The translations under genes and the position numbers were made by a program. Source: Sedimentisphaerales bacterium (lineage in GTDB: Bacteria > Planctomycetota > Phycisphaerae > Sedimentisphaerales > SM23-30). Taken from it: 64,000 bases of DNA. Below are positions 20,007 to 30,572 of this stretch, piece after piece. The notes beneath the pieces are model-generated. The model was not told the DNA's origin. It made no database searches and saw only the letters and a list, made by a program, of their open reading frames with translations. Location of the stretch: NCBI GenBank assembly GCA_963663805.2, contig CAXXMR010000003.1:64001-128000 (forward strand), read 5' to 3'. The first letter of the stretch is position 1, and every line of letters starts with the position of its first letter.

Positions 20007-20837
20007 TTAGCCCCTAGCTTTCGCGGGTGATTGGCCGCGATGCTTTTTGTATAGTCTGGAGAAGAAATATTGATCTTCATAGCCTAAGTTATGAGCTATT
20101 TGGTATATTTTCATATCAGGTGACTCTGTGAGCCATTTGTCGGCAAGTTTCATTTTTTCTTCAATCACATACTGCTTGAAACTTCGGCCAGTGATTTTTC
20201 GAAAATGCTGGGTAAAACTGGATGGGCTCATGTTCAACATATTGACAGCATGACCAAGTGTGATTCTATGTTGCGGATTTTCATCCATAAACGAAATAAG
20301 CTTTGAAATCGCGTCACTGCTTTGAGTGGTTATCAAATGCTGAGACATAATCTGACTGGTCAAAAGCGAAAACAGTTCAATTATGTCGTTTATTTTATCC
20401 TGATGATAGTAAGGAGCCTCAAGAAAAGCCTGCTCCAGGAGATTATTGCCGGTTTTATCCCGCCAAAGTTTGAGAATATCAGGGGGACACTTATCCTGGT
20501 TACGAAACTGGCCTATCATAATATAACCGATATTTTTTTCTACGATGTTAACCGGCAGAACCGCTTCAATCATACCGGCATAACAAGTATAGACTATCAG
20601 CTCAGATTTTTCTTTTGATTCCAGTTGTTTCTCCAAATCATTTTTGCGACAATTCTGAACCAGTCCCAGTTCGCAACGCAACATCCGACAATAATTACAC
20701 AAATCTCGTCCGGCCCCAGCCATTACCTCCCGGCCTTGAGCCGAGAAAAAGACCATTCTGATATCCAGCAAACGTGTGAAAGTATCGAATATCCGTCTGG
20801 CCTCGCTATGGAAAATAAAATTTATCTGGTCTCTCAT
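20007..20837 (-). CDS. AraC-family regulator with PocR-like sensor domain
   Basis: CNYCRMLR, YTCYAGMIE...IGYIMIGQF, and C-terminal HTH (IAHNLGYEDQYFFSRLYKK...GQSP). Confidence 0.88.
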   Translation of the reverse strand: MRDQINFIFHSEARRIFDTFTRLLDIRMVFFSAQGREVMAGAGRDLCNYCRMLRCELGLVQNCRKNDLEKQLESKEKSELIVYTCYAGMIEAVLPVNIVEKNIGYIMIGQFRNQDKCPPDILKLWRDKTGNNLLEQAFLEAPYYHQDKINDIIELFSLLTSQIMSQHLITTQSSDAISKLISFMDENPQHRITLGHAVNMLNMSPSSFTQHFRKITGRSFKQYVIEEKMKLADKWLTESPDMKIYQIAHNLGYEDQYFFSRLYKKHRGQSPAKARG

Positions 20838-20950
20838 GATGGCATTTTAATGATTTTCTGGCAAAAAGTCTATCTTTTTTGTCGATAAAGCTATTTTTCA
20901 CTGACACCTTTGCAAGTATGGTCAATATTACAATAACTAAAGGGTATACA

Positions 20951-22471
20951 ATGGCTTATCTAGGGATTGACATAGGCACCACGGGCGTAAAAGCAGTTAT
21001 TTTTGGTAACAACGGCTCGGAACAGAGTTCTGCTTATCGGGAATATTCCCTGCTTTCGCCACGACCGGGCTGGTTTGAGCTCAACCCTCAACAGATTATC
21101 GACTGCTGCAAACAGGTTATTGGAGAATCGGCCTGCCAGCTTCCTCCGAAAAACAAAATCAGGGCAGTTGGCATATCCAGTCAAGGTGAGGCTTTTACAC
21201 TCCTGGATAACAACGGTGACTACTTATGCAATGCAATGGTATCATTCGACACCCGCAGCACGGAGCAAGTCATCTCCACTCAAGAGGAATTTGGGAGGGA
21301 ACGCCTTTACGACATTACCGGCCATAGCAGTCACACTTTATTCAGCCTGTTTAAGCTACTTTGGATAAAAAACAATCATCCAAAGGCTTTTAAAAAGGCC
21401 AGACATTTTTTGTGTATGGGTGATTTACTGCGTTTTGTTCTGACCGGCAATTCCATAACCAGCTACAACCTCGCTGCCCGCACCATGCTTTTTGACGTAA
21501 AGGCAAAACAATGGTCCACTGAAATACTTGATTATGTCGGCCTGAATCATAATGTCATGCCCCAAGTCGCCCCCTCGGGCAGTTCGGCGGGATTGATTAA
21601 ACCAGAAATTGCCGAAGAGTTGGGATTGGAAAAAGATGTTATCGTCGCAACCGGTGGACATGACCAATGCTGCGGGGCCCTGGGAGTTGGGGTATTTGAA
21701 AAAAATGTCGCGGCGTACAGTCTGGGTACTGTGGGATGTATTACGCCGGCCTTTTCCGATTGCGTACTTAATAAGACACTGATGGATGCCAACCTGGCAA
21801 CTTATCCACATACCGTAGAAAACTTATATACAACAGTAGCTTTTTGCACAACAGCGGGTAGCGGATTGAAATGGTTCAAAAACAATTTCGGCCAGGCAGA
21901 GATAGAGCGGGCAAGACGTTCGGAGCAAAATGTGTATGACGTACTACTAGAGCAAATTCCCCCAAAGCCCACAAACTTGATGTTTTTACCCCATCTCTGC
22001 TCAACAGGTACGCCATATTTTGAACCGAACCCAATGGGAGCGGCTCTGGGCCTGAAACTATCTACCACCAAGGGAGACATTTTGCGGGCTTTATTGGAGG
22101 GGATTTGTTTTGAAATGAACGTCAATTTGAACTTACTGAAAAAATGCCAAATCAATATCGACGAACTCCGCGCATTTGGCGGAGGTACGGCAAGCCCGGC
22201 ATGGATGCAAATTACGGCTGATATTTTTGATATGCCCATAACTATTGTAGAAGTTCAGGAATCCGGTTGCATGGGGGCTGCTATGCTGGCAGGTTATGCC
22301 CGGGGCGAGATTGATTCACTAAGTAAATGCTGTGAACAATGGACAAAAATTGGACGGGTCTATGAGCCGGGCGGAGAAAACGCGGCCATATATCGTCAGA
22401 AATTTGAAGTATATAAAGAACTGTATCAGAACCTTACGTCAGTAAGGGACAAATTAAAAACACTCTATTAA
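20951..22471 (+). CDS. FGGY-family carbohydrate kinase (xylulokinase-like)
   Basis: YLGIDIGTTGVKA, GISSQGE, GGHDQ, SLGT, FLPHL, RALLEG, GGG and GAAMLAG motifs. Confidence 0.9.
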   Translation: MAYLGIDIGTTGVKAVIFGNNGSEQSSAYREYSLLSPRPGWFELNPQQIIDCCKQVIGESACQLPPKNKIRAVGISSQGEAFTLLDNNGDYLCNAMVSFDTRSTEQVISTQEEFGRERLYDITGHSSHTLFSLFKLLWIKNNHPKAFKKARHFLCMGDLLRFVLTGNSITSYNLAARTMLFDVKAKQWSTEILDYVGLNHNVMPQVAPSGSSAGLIKPEIAEELGLEKDVIVATGGHDQCCGALGVGVFEKNVAAYSLGTVGCITPAFSDCVLNKTLMDANLATYPHTVENLYTTVAFCTTAGSGLKWFKNNFGQAEIERARRSEQNVYDVLLEQIPPKPTNLMFLPHLCSTGTPYFEPNPMGAALGLKLSTTKGDILRALLEGICFEMNVNLNLLKKCQINIDELRAFGGGTASPAWMQITADIFDMPITIVEVQESGCMGAAMLAGYARGEIDSLSKCCEQWTKIGRVYEPGGENAAIYRQKFEVYKELYQNLTSVRDKLKTLY

Positions 22472-22489
22472 CGACATTAGAGGAAGACT

Positions 22490-23938
22490 ATGAGACATTC
22501 AGGCAAATCCAGATTCGCGTTGTTTTTTGGTAATCGAGGTTTCTTTCCCGCTGAGCTTATTATTCAGGCCAGACAGGAAATATACAATTGTCTAAAGGAG
22601 CAGGGTCACGAAGTTCTGATTATGGACGAGAGTTTAACTCGGCATGGTGCGATTTCAGACAAATCAGACGCGGTCAAGTACGCAAATTTCCTGAAAAGTA
22701 ACGAAGGAAAGTACGATGGCGTAATTCTTTCTTTACCAAATTTTGGTGACGAAAGCTCAGCGGTTGAGGCTTTGCGACATACCGGCGCACCGATTTTCAT
22801 CCATGCCTACCCCGACGACCTTAAAAAAATGGCAGCCCAGTATCGCCGTGATGCTTATTGCGGCAAGTTCTCGGTAATGGATGTATTTTATCAATACGGT
22901 ATTAAGTTTACCAGTCTTGTGCCTCATGTCGTTGACCCTGCCACAGAAGTATTTCGGTTGAATATAGAACATTTTGATCGGGTCTGCCGTGTGGTAAATG
23001 GTTTTAACGACATGGTAGTCGGTGCTGTTGGTTCACGCACCACGGCTTTTAAGACCGTCCGCATCGATGAACTGGCCCTTCAGCAAAACGGTATTACTAT
23101 GGAAGTAATTGACCTGACTGAAGTATTCAGTCGTATGGTAGGGCTTTCTTCCACAAAGGCTGCCTACAAGGATAAAGCCGAAAGACTTCGTAATTATACT
23201 AACTGGCCAGGCGTACCGGATGAAGCATTTGACAAAATTGTACGTTTGGGGGTTGTACTTGACGGTTTATTTGAAGAATGGAACCTGGATGCGATGGCTT
23301 TCCGTTGCTGGATAGAACTTCAACGGCAATTAAAAATTTCAGCCTGTGTCCTGCTCAGCGAAATGAACGACCGGAAACTCCCGGTTGCCTGCGAAGTTGA
23401 TATTGGCAACGCTGTAAGCCAATATGCCCTTTACCGGGCAAGCGGCGAATCCACAGCGTGCCTGGACTGGAATAATAATTACGGTAATGAAAAGGACAAG
23501 TGTATTCTTTTTCATTGCGGTTCAACCGCTCAATCGTTGATGACAGGCAAGGGGAAAGTCTCGGATCACTCAATGCTCCAGCACGACCCGCAGGTTGGGC
23601 CGAACTGTTCGTTTGGCTGTAATGAAGGCCGAATATCGGCTTTCCCGTTTGGGTTCAGCTCTATGACTACCCGTAACGGCCGACTGGAATTTTATCTTGG
23701 CCAAGGCGAATTTACTAAGGACATAATTCCAGATGATTATTTTGGCTGTGCCGGAGTCGCACAAATCAAAAATCTCGAACAGGTGTTGCATTTTATCGGG
23801 AGGAACGGCCATCGTCATCATGTCAGCGTTACTCCGGGAACCAGACTCGTGCTGCCCTTAAAGGAAGCGCTGGAATATTATTTGGGCTACCAGGTTGCCC
23901 TACCGCAGCAGGCAGGAGACACAACATGTCAATTATAA
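22490..23938 (+). CDS. L-fucose/L-arabinose isomerase family protein
   Basis: PNFGDE, RRDAYCGK, RCW, VACEVD, FHCG and GHRHH motifs. Confidence 0.8.
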   Translation: MRHSGKSRFALFFGNRGFFPAELIIQARQEIYNCLKEQGHEVLIMDESLTRHGAISDKSDAVKYANFLKSNEGKYDGVILSLPNFGDESSAVEALRHTGAPIFIHAYPDDLKKMAAQYRRDAYCGKFSVMDVFYQYGIKFTSLVPHVVDPATEVFRLNIEHFDRVCRVVNGFNDMVVGAVGSRTTAFKTVRIDELALQQNGITMEVIDLTEVFSRMVGLSSTKAAYKDKAERLRNYTNWPGVPDEAFDKIVRLGVVLDGLFEEWNLDAMAFRCWIELQRQLKISACVLLSEMNDRKLPVACEVDIGNAVSQYALYRASGESTACLDWNNNYGNEKDKCILFHCGSTAQSLMTGKGKVSDHSMLQHDPQVGPNCSFGCNEGRISAFPFGFSSMTTRNGRLEFYLGQGEFTKDIIPDDYFGCAGVAQIKNLEQVLHFIGRNGHRHHVSVTPGTRLVLPLKEALEYYLGYQVALPQQAGDTTCQL

Positions 23939-24939
23939 ATCAGGCAGATCAAGCCAGAGAAATTTTAAGATACTACCAAGATGAAAAAATATCGATACCC
24001 TGTTTTTGTGCCGAAAACACTTTTACGATGGAAGGGATTTTAAGAGGCGCTGCGCAAGTAGCTAAAAAAAGTGGAAAGAATCCGGCCTTATACATTGCGG
24101 TCACCGCAAATTATCATGGTCGTCAACAACTAAGAAATTATACCTCTCAGGATAGCACCGAGGAAGGTTATCTAGCCTTTCGCAATGACCTGGAAAGACT
24201 CTGTCGCCATGACGGACCATTCGCTAACGTACAGGTTATTCCCGCTCTGGATCATGGCCAGCCCGACCTGGACGAATGGCTAATTGATAAAGGACGTGAT
24301 TTCTGGGGATGCGTAATGTTTGACTGTTCAACAAAACCTCTGGAAGAAAATCAGCAAATGGTCCACGATTTTGTCAGTCAATACAAAGATTGTTTTGTGA
24401 TCGAAGGATGTGTTGACGAAATCACCGAAGCGGGCCAGGGCGGAGTAAAACTTACGGACCCGCAACAGGCCAAAATTTATATGGACAGTACCGGAGCAGA
24501 CCTGATTGTTGCCAATCTGGGCACCGAACATCGCGTTACCGGAGAGATAAAAAAATATCATAGTGATTTAGCCCGAAAAATCTTTCAGCAAATCGGCCAC
24601 AAAATCGTTCTGCACGGTACGAGTTGTCTGAAACCCGAGGATTTAATTAAACTTCGCAAAGACGGTATCGCGAAGGTTAATATCTGGACAATTTTGGAGA
24701 TAAGCACCAGCCAGAAAATGCTGGTCGAAATGATAAAATGCGTCAATGAAATACTGCCGGAATCAGAAATCACTGCGTTAAAGCAACAGGGATTGCTGGC
24801 CGATGCCGTAACAAACTTACCGAATCATAATCCCAAACTGGAATGCCTGACCGAAGTATATAGGCGTAACCAAATAAAAGTGCCTTCGATTACCAAAATG
24901 GTCGATTCTTTTATGACGGCATTTGGATATTGCGACTGA
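23926..24939 (+). CDS. Class II fructose/tagatose-bisphosphate aldolase family protein
   Basis: LDHG, MFDCS, NLGTEH, VLHG and KVNI metal-binding motifs. Confidence 0.8.
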   Translation: MSIINQADQAREILRYYQDEKISIPCFCAENTFTMEGILRGAAQVAKKSGKNPALYIAVTANYHGRQQLRNYTSQDSTEEGYLAFRNDLERLCRHDGPFANVQVIPALDHGQPDLDEWLIDKGRDFWGCVMFDCSTKPLEENQQMVHDFVSQYKDCFVIEGCVDEITEAGQGGVKLTDPQQAKIYMDSTGADLIVANLGTEHRVTGEIKKYHSDLARKIFQQIGHKIVLHGTSCLKPEDLIKLRKDGIAKVNIWTILEISTSQKMLVEMIKCVNEILPESEITALKQQGLLADAVTNLPNHNPKLECLTEVYRRNQIKVPSITKMVDSFMTAFGYCD

Positions 24940-24947
24940 GCCGCTTG

Positions 24948-27456
24948 TCAGAAAGGCCAAAAGCAGGCGGGATCAGCGGGGTTGTTGCAATCGAGCCAAT
25001 ATTCCGATAATCCAGCGAAATCATCCATATCGTTCTGGCTAAGCCAGGCTGATGCCATAAGAGCAAGGTCATTGATGTCAACATAACAGTCACTGTTCAA
25101 GTCGGCAGACATAATCAAACCGGCGTCTATTACATCCTGACAAGTCCACTCAGTAATATTTACGCTGATATTATCGCAGACTGTCAGGCTGCCGTTATCA
25201 ACTTCGATATTTAACAAATATGTTCCAGCCTCGGAAAAACTGGCGGTTGTATCCGCGGCATGAGGGTTGGAAAATGTTACAATGGCCTGTGAACCCGGAG
25301 CTTCGACAACGGACCAGGAAATTGTTACCGGCAGAGCATGATGAATAATCGAGGCGTGAAGAACAGCATTTTCCGCTATACTCGCTAAATCGATATCCGC
25401 CCCGGCATCGACATAAATTGGTACGGTATCCGCAAAAAGAAGCTCAACCTCACCAGCGGTCATAGCGTTACGGTATAATCTTATATCATCCAGACAGCCG
25501 TCAAAATCTCCTAATCCCGATTTACCGCCAATAAGGGCCTCAGACCCGTCAAAACCGAACTCTCCCTGAAACACATCTGTTTCAGCGTCAAGAACGCCGT
25601 CAAGATAAAGAGCGTTGGAATTGTTTATAGGGTCGTAGATCGCAACAACGTGATGCCATTTATCATCATTAACAAGAGTAGTACCGTAAACTATGCTATC
25701 GGAACTAATCCATCGGGCACGCTCGGCCTGAGAAGTTACTAATTCAACATCAGTGGGACAAAAATAAATTATCTCATCACTTTCATCAGCAGGTACTTTA
25801 AGCCAGGCTGAAAGGGTATAGCCGTAAGTTAGATCCTGCGATTCGGATTCCAATATACTCCACTGGGCCGGCGTGGAGTAAAGATTCGCCGCACCGGAGC
25901 TTCCCCAGATATAACCAGAAACAGCCACGGGATTTGCGATGGAACAGACAGCATCATAACCATTACCTGTCATATCAAGCATGTCTGGCGAAGAGGCAAG
26001 CCCGTCAAAATTCCAATGGGATATTAACTGAGGAGTCAATGAGCTATAAACGTAGATTTTGACCGTGTCATCCATAACCCGGTCATACTGGACAGCGGTA
26101 ATTTGTAATTCATATATTCCTGGCGCAGCAAATGTAACAACAGGGTCCTCAATCTGCGTATCGGAAAAAACCGCGGAGTCAGGCCCGCTAATCTGACTCC
26201 ATAACACAGATGTCCAGGTACCCACAATTTCAGCATTCAGATTATAACTACCCAAACAAGTGAAATCTCTCGGGCCGGCATCTATCTGAAAAGGGTTATC
26301 TGAAGCGTAAAGCGACTCAACTTCGCTGTCACTGAAAGCGTAATTATATATTTTAATATCGTCGATATCACCGTTGAACTGATTGCTCAGATACTTATTA
26401 TTAGCGATATAACTCTTATAGCCGGTAAAACTAAACTCTGAATAAAGAGCATCGGAGGTGTTGATTAACTGACCATCGACATACATACCCGAGTAATTAT
26501 TCAACGGGTCGTACACACCTGTAAATAAATGCCAGCGGTCGTCATTATAGTAATTGGGCGTGCTGTATATTGTACCGGTTGGCTTAATGAATCGAATCCT
26601 GCCATCAGTCATGAAGGATAAATCTAATTTACCATCCTCGATGCTAAGGGCTCTGGTAAAATCAGCCGACACACCGGAATCCGGCAATCTAAACCACAGG
26701 GTAATCGTCACCCCATTGGCAAGGTCACGAATGTCGGGATGAAGCGATGCCGATTCGCCAATTTGCCAATACACAGAGGGCTCTCTGGTCCTGACAGCGG
26801 CAGTGCTTCCATACATAAAACCCGCAACAGTGTTGACTGAACTGCCCGAACAAACTGTATTATAACCATTGCCGGTCACATCGGGCACATCGGCTGTAAC
26901 AGCAGCATTGTCAAAATCCCAATGGGCCAGTAAATGTTTATCCGAAGCGGAAATTATGACGGTATCACAAAGCTCGACACAACCAACCGTCACAGACAAC
27001 TCAAGCTCATAAATACCTGACAAGTCAAACTGCACATCAGGATTGACAACAGAGTCATCAGAAAAATCGGCGGTGCCGGGCCCACTGATTTGCGACCATA
27101 ATATAGCATCGTACTCACCAGAGACGATACCATTCAGCGAAAACAAGCTGTTTAGCGGGGCCAATTCATCAGAGCCGGCATAAACAAAAAGCGGGATAGC
27201 ATCCTCAAACATAGCAACTATCTCAGACTCGCTGAGAGGGTAATTATAAATCCGTATCTCATCCAAATCGCCATTGAACTGATTGCTTAGATATTTATTA
27301 TTAGCAATATAGCTTTTATATCCCGTAAAGCTGAGGCTTGATGTCGCCGCGGTATCGGAATTTATAAGTAAACCATCGACATAGATCGCTGAAAAATTCT
27401 GCGCCGGGTCATAGATTCCCACAAAAAAGTGCCAGCGGTTATCATTAAAGTAATAG
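24948..27456 (-). pseudogene. Large LamG/PKD repeat exported protein with dockerin-like tail; 3' part, interrupted by IS21
   Basis: Repeated HWDFD...DDRWH...FNGDIDDIKIY LamG units, WSQISGP PKD-like units, and ADLNSDCYVDINDL tail. The frame continues at 30173 across the IS. Confidence 0.85.
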
Positions 27457-27553
27457 TGTCAATGGGCGCTTGAAAACCGGCCAGGTTGGGGCGCTGCAAA
27501 ACCGGCCACTTTGATTATGGGTTTATAAATGTTGGTGGGGGTTTTTGCAAGGG

Positions 27554-28318
27554 TTAATCTTCTTTTTTTGGATTTTCGGGGTCGGATTGCTTTTTCTTGT
27601 TTTTCAGACGATAGCTTCTGCCGGTGATTTGGACTATTTCGGAATGATGCAGGAAGCGGTCCAGGATGGCGGTGGCTGAGGGCACATCGCCCAGAAGTTT
27701 GCCCCAATCTTCCAGCGGGCGGTTACTGGTCATGATTGTCGAACGGACTTCATATCTTTGCATGATCACTTCAAAAAGATACTCGCCGCTGTTTCGGGGC
27801 AATTGTTTCATGCCCATGTCATCGATTATCAGCAGGTCGGGTTTCAGATACTTCGCCAAAACTTTGTCTATCTGTCCCAAAGCTTCATCCTGCATAAAAT
27901 CGCGTACCAGATCGAAGATCGAACGATAGCGAACCGTATGGCCGTTCTTAATTGCCTGATAACCCAAAGCCTGGGCCAAATGACTTTTGCCGGTGCCGGG
28001 TGGTCCCAGGAATAATATATCGTTGCCCTGACGGATAAATTTGCAACAGGCAAAATCGTAGATCTGTTTTCGTTTAATGGTATTGTTGAACTGCCAGTCG
28101 AAATCTTCCAGGGTTTTTAATTCTCGAAACCCGGCCTGCTTAATTCTTCTCTGCATGAGTCTTTCATCTCTAATGAGAAGTTCATCCTGCAAAATCAGTT
28201 CTAAAAACTGATCGTATGAAAGCTGATTACCTACCGCTTCCTGGATACGAATTTCCAGCGAAGATGCCAGGCCGGACAATCGTAATTTCCTTAACGATGT
28301 TAACAATGATTCCTGCAT
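27554..28318 (-). CDS. istB: IS21 helper ATPase
   Basis: GPPGTGKSH, LLIIDD, TSNR and ILDRFLHH motifs. Confidence 0.95.
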   Translation of the reverse strand: MQESLLTSLRKLRLSGLASSLEIRIQEAVGNQLSYDQFLELILQDELLIRDERLMQRRIKQAGFRELKTLEDFDWQFNNTIKRKQIYDFACCKFIRQGNDILFLGPPGTGKSHLAQALGYQAIKNGHTVRYRSIFDLVRDFMQDEALGQIDKVLAKYLKPDLLIIDDMGMKQLPRNSGEYLFEVIMQRYEVRSTIMTSNRPLEDWGKLLGDVPSATAILDRFLHHSEIVQITGRSYRLKNKKKQSDPENPKKED

Positions 28319-28443
28319 GTTTGTGCTCCTTGATTTGAAGGTTAGTAAAACAAATATTCCGTTTTCCCTTCTCGCCCAAAGGTGGAGGTTAAATGGCGGG
28401 GTTTGGGGCCGGCCCCAAGTAAAAATAGTTGCCGCAGGCATCC

Positions 28444-30054
28444 TTAATATTCATGATCTCCAAATGTTGTCAAAGTGACAAATTCCTGATAATCGCTCAT
28501 ATCACGAATAATCGGATGTTCATCGATAAAGTTCATCATCTGCTGGTCCGGGATATCCTGATCTAATATTTTTTGAATAGTTTGCAACCGCCAGGCTCCG
28601 TGATTGAGGGCTTTACGACAGGCATCATCTATTTGCTTAGGCGAATACGTGCCGCTCAGGCTCAATAGACCTAATATAGCTCTTTGGCCGGTTACGCCCC
28701 GGATTTCAAATAACTGCTTGGCCCAACGATGACTATGCTTACCGAGCAAAGCTGTTCTTTGGATCAGCCATTGGGCACCTTTTTCAATTTGGCTTTGTTT
28801 ATGGGGATGGATATGCTGCTGGTTAGTCTGAAATCTGCCCGGTTCAACTTTGCTGTGCAGAGCGATCTGTTCCATTTTATGGTTGAATACCCGAACCAGA
28901 CGGCTGTCCCAACGCACCCATACTTGATGACCCACAAATTCCGGCGGAACCGAATAGTATGATTTATCAACTTCGACATGGCCATCGCGATGAACACTGC
29001 GTTTGCCTTCGTTAAAGGACGGGAAATAACTTTCCGGCAAAGATTTCAAGGCCGGCTTTTCGATTTCCAGAAAAACCTTCTCGACCTGCTGACGGGTAGT
29101 ACCGTGAATACGTTTGTCTGCAATGCTCTTTTCCCAATGCAGAAGATGGGCGTTCTGCTGATTAAGGCAATCAAAATCTCGGCCTTTAAGAGCATTGGAC
29201 TTAACATAATTTATACCATTCTCGACTTTGCCTTTGTGACGAGGCATATATGGTTTAGTGGGCAGGATGGCGGTACCGTAATGAACATAAAAAGATTGAA
29301 CCTTGGGTACGACCTCCGGATCATACCAGTCTGCCCGCGTTACCGCCGCCTTGAGATTGTCAATTACAATGGTTTGCGGCACCCCGCCGAAATACCAGAA
29401 GGCCTTTTCCAGACAACGCAAAAAACTATCGGTACTCTGATGGAATACCGTTTCACTGTAGGCTTTGCGGGAACAACTCAGGACGATCCGGAAGACGTAA
29501 CTTCTTTTGCGTTTGCCGTTGGGCAGAGGAATATATCGGGCAGTACCGAAATCAATCTGAGCTTCCAGACCTGGCGAACATTCCAGACGCCGAAAAGGCA
29601 GAGGATTGGTGTGCCGCAGCTTGCCAACGTAACGCCGTACGCTGTAGTAGCTGCCGGTGAAATTATGGTCCGCTGCCAGATCCTGGTAAATTCGCTGAGC
29701 AGAGAGTTCCTGCTGAACCATCGGGATGATCAATTCGTGGTATTGGACACATTGACTGGTAGAACCGGGCGGAATCGAGATAGAATCGACCTCAGAGCCG
29801 GGGGACGCCTTGGCCGGTTTTGAATCCCCCAGGGGCGCCCCGTACGGAGCAGATGCCGCCTGCCTGTCGACTGGCTTAGTCGATTCGCCTTCGGAAGGCC
29901 CGTCATCGTTGCCTGGCACCTCACGAAGCCGCCAATACCGGGCCACCGTCTCCCTGTGAATGCCTAACTCCCGTTCAATACGACGGTTAGACCAGCCACG
30001 ATCCTTGAGTTGTAATACCGTTTGTACCTGTGCCATCGTCAAATAGTTCGCCAT
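28444..30054 (-). CDS. istA: IS21 DDE transposase
   Basis: N-terminal HTH, AQIDFG, FGGVP...IDNLK and KGKVE motifs. Confidence 0.95.
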   Translation of the reverse strand: MANYLTMAQVQTVLQLKDRGWSNRRIERELGIHRETVARYWRLREVPGNDDGPSEGESTKPVDRQAASAPYGAPLGDSKPAKASPGSEVDSISIPPGSTSQCVQYHELIIPMVQQELSAQRIYQDLAADHNFTGSYYSVRRYVGKLRHTNPLPFRRLECSPGLEAQIDFGTARYIPLPNGKRKRSYVFRIVLSCSRKAYSETVFHQSTDSFLRCLEKAFWYFGGVPQTIVIDNLKAAVTRADWYDPEVVPKVQSFYVHYGTAILPTKPYMPRHKGKVENGINYVKSNALKGRDFDCLNQQNAHLLHWEKSIADKRIHGTTRQQVEKVFLEIEKPALKSLPESYFPSFNEGKRSVHRDGHVEVDKSYYSVPPEFVGHQVWVRWDSRLVRVFNHKMEQIALHSKVEPGRFQTNQQHIHPHKQSQIEKGAQWLIQRTALLGKHSHRWAKQLFEIRGVTGQRAILGLLSLSGTYSPKQIDDACRKALNHGAWRLQTIQKILDQDIPDQQMMNFIDEHPIIRDMSDYQEFVTLTTFGDHEY

Positions 30055-30172
30055 TTTGTGCCTCTGATAACCTGAGTTTTTACCCAGATTAACAAAGACA
30101 AACATTTCAACTATTCAATTTTGGCCGGTTTTCAAGCGCCCCTCATTGGCCGGTTTTGAGCGCCCCTTGACA

Positions 30173-30514
30173 GTAATAGGGAGTACTATAGATGGAACTA
30201 CTGGGCTTGATGAATCTTATTCTACCGTCAGTCATAAATGACAAGTCAAAGGCACCATCTTCTAGACTCAAGGCTCGCGAAAAATCGCTGGCGACCCCTT
30301 CCTCGGGCAGTCTGAACCAAAGCGAAACCGAAGCGCCATTGCTAAAGTTCTGCACCTCGGGAGCCAGGCCTGAAGGTTGTGCGATTGTCCAGTAAGCCGA
30401 AGGCTCTCTGGTACGCACTGCGGCATTGCTGCCCTGGATATAACCGAAAATGCTATTCACACTGCCGACAGAACACAGGGCATCATATCCGTTGCCAGAG
30501 ACGTCTGAGACATT
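30173..30514 (-). pseudogene. Upstream fragment of the LamG repeat gene, cut by IS66
   Basis: DVSGNGYD...DLSFMTDGRIRFIKP...STPYY matches the internal repeat of the 24948 gene. Confidence 0.85.
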
Positions 30515-30572
30515 GTAAGTTTCCGGCCAAGTACACCTTGGCTGACAATTGGTGGATTGCGGTTGGGGCGGG

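Larger units (their letters stand above)
27457..30172 (-). mobile_element. IS21-family element, complete (2716 bp), with 7-bp target duplication GTAATAG
   Basis: TGTCAA...TTGACA termini, tandem GCGCT..AAAACCGGCCA end repeats, direct repeats at 27450-27456 and 30173-30179, and istA/istB inside. Confidence 0.95.
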
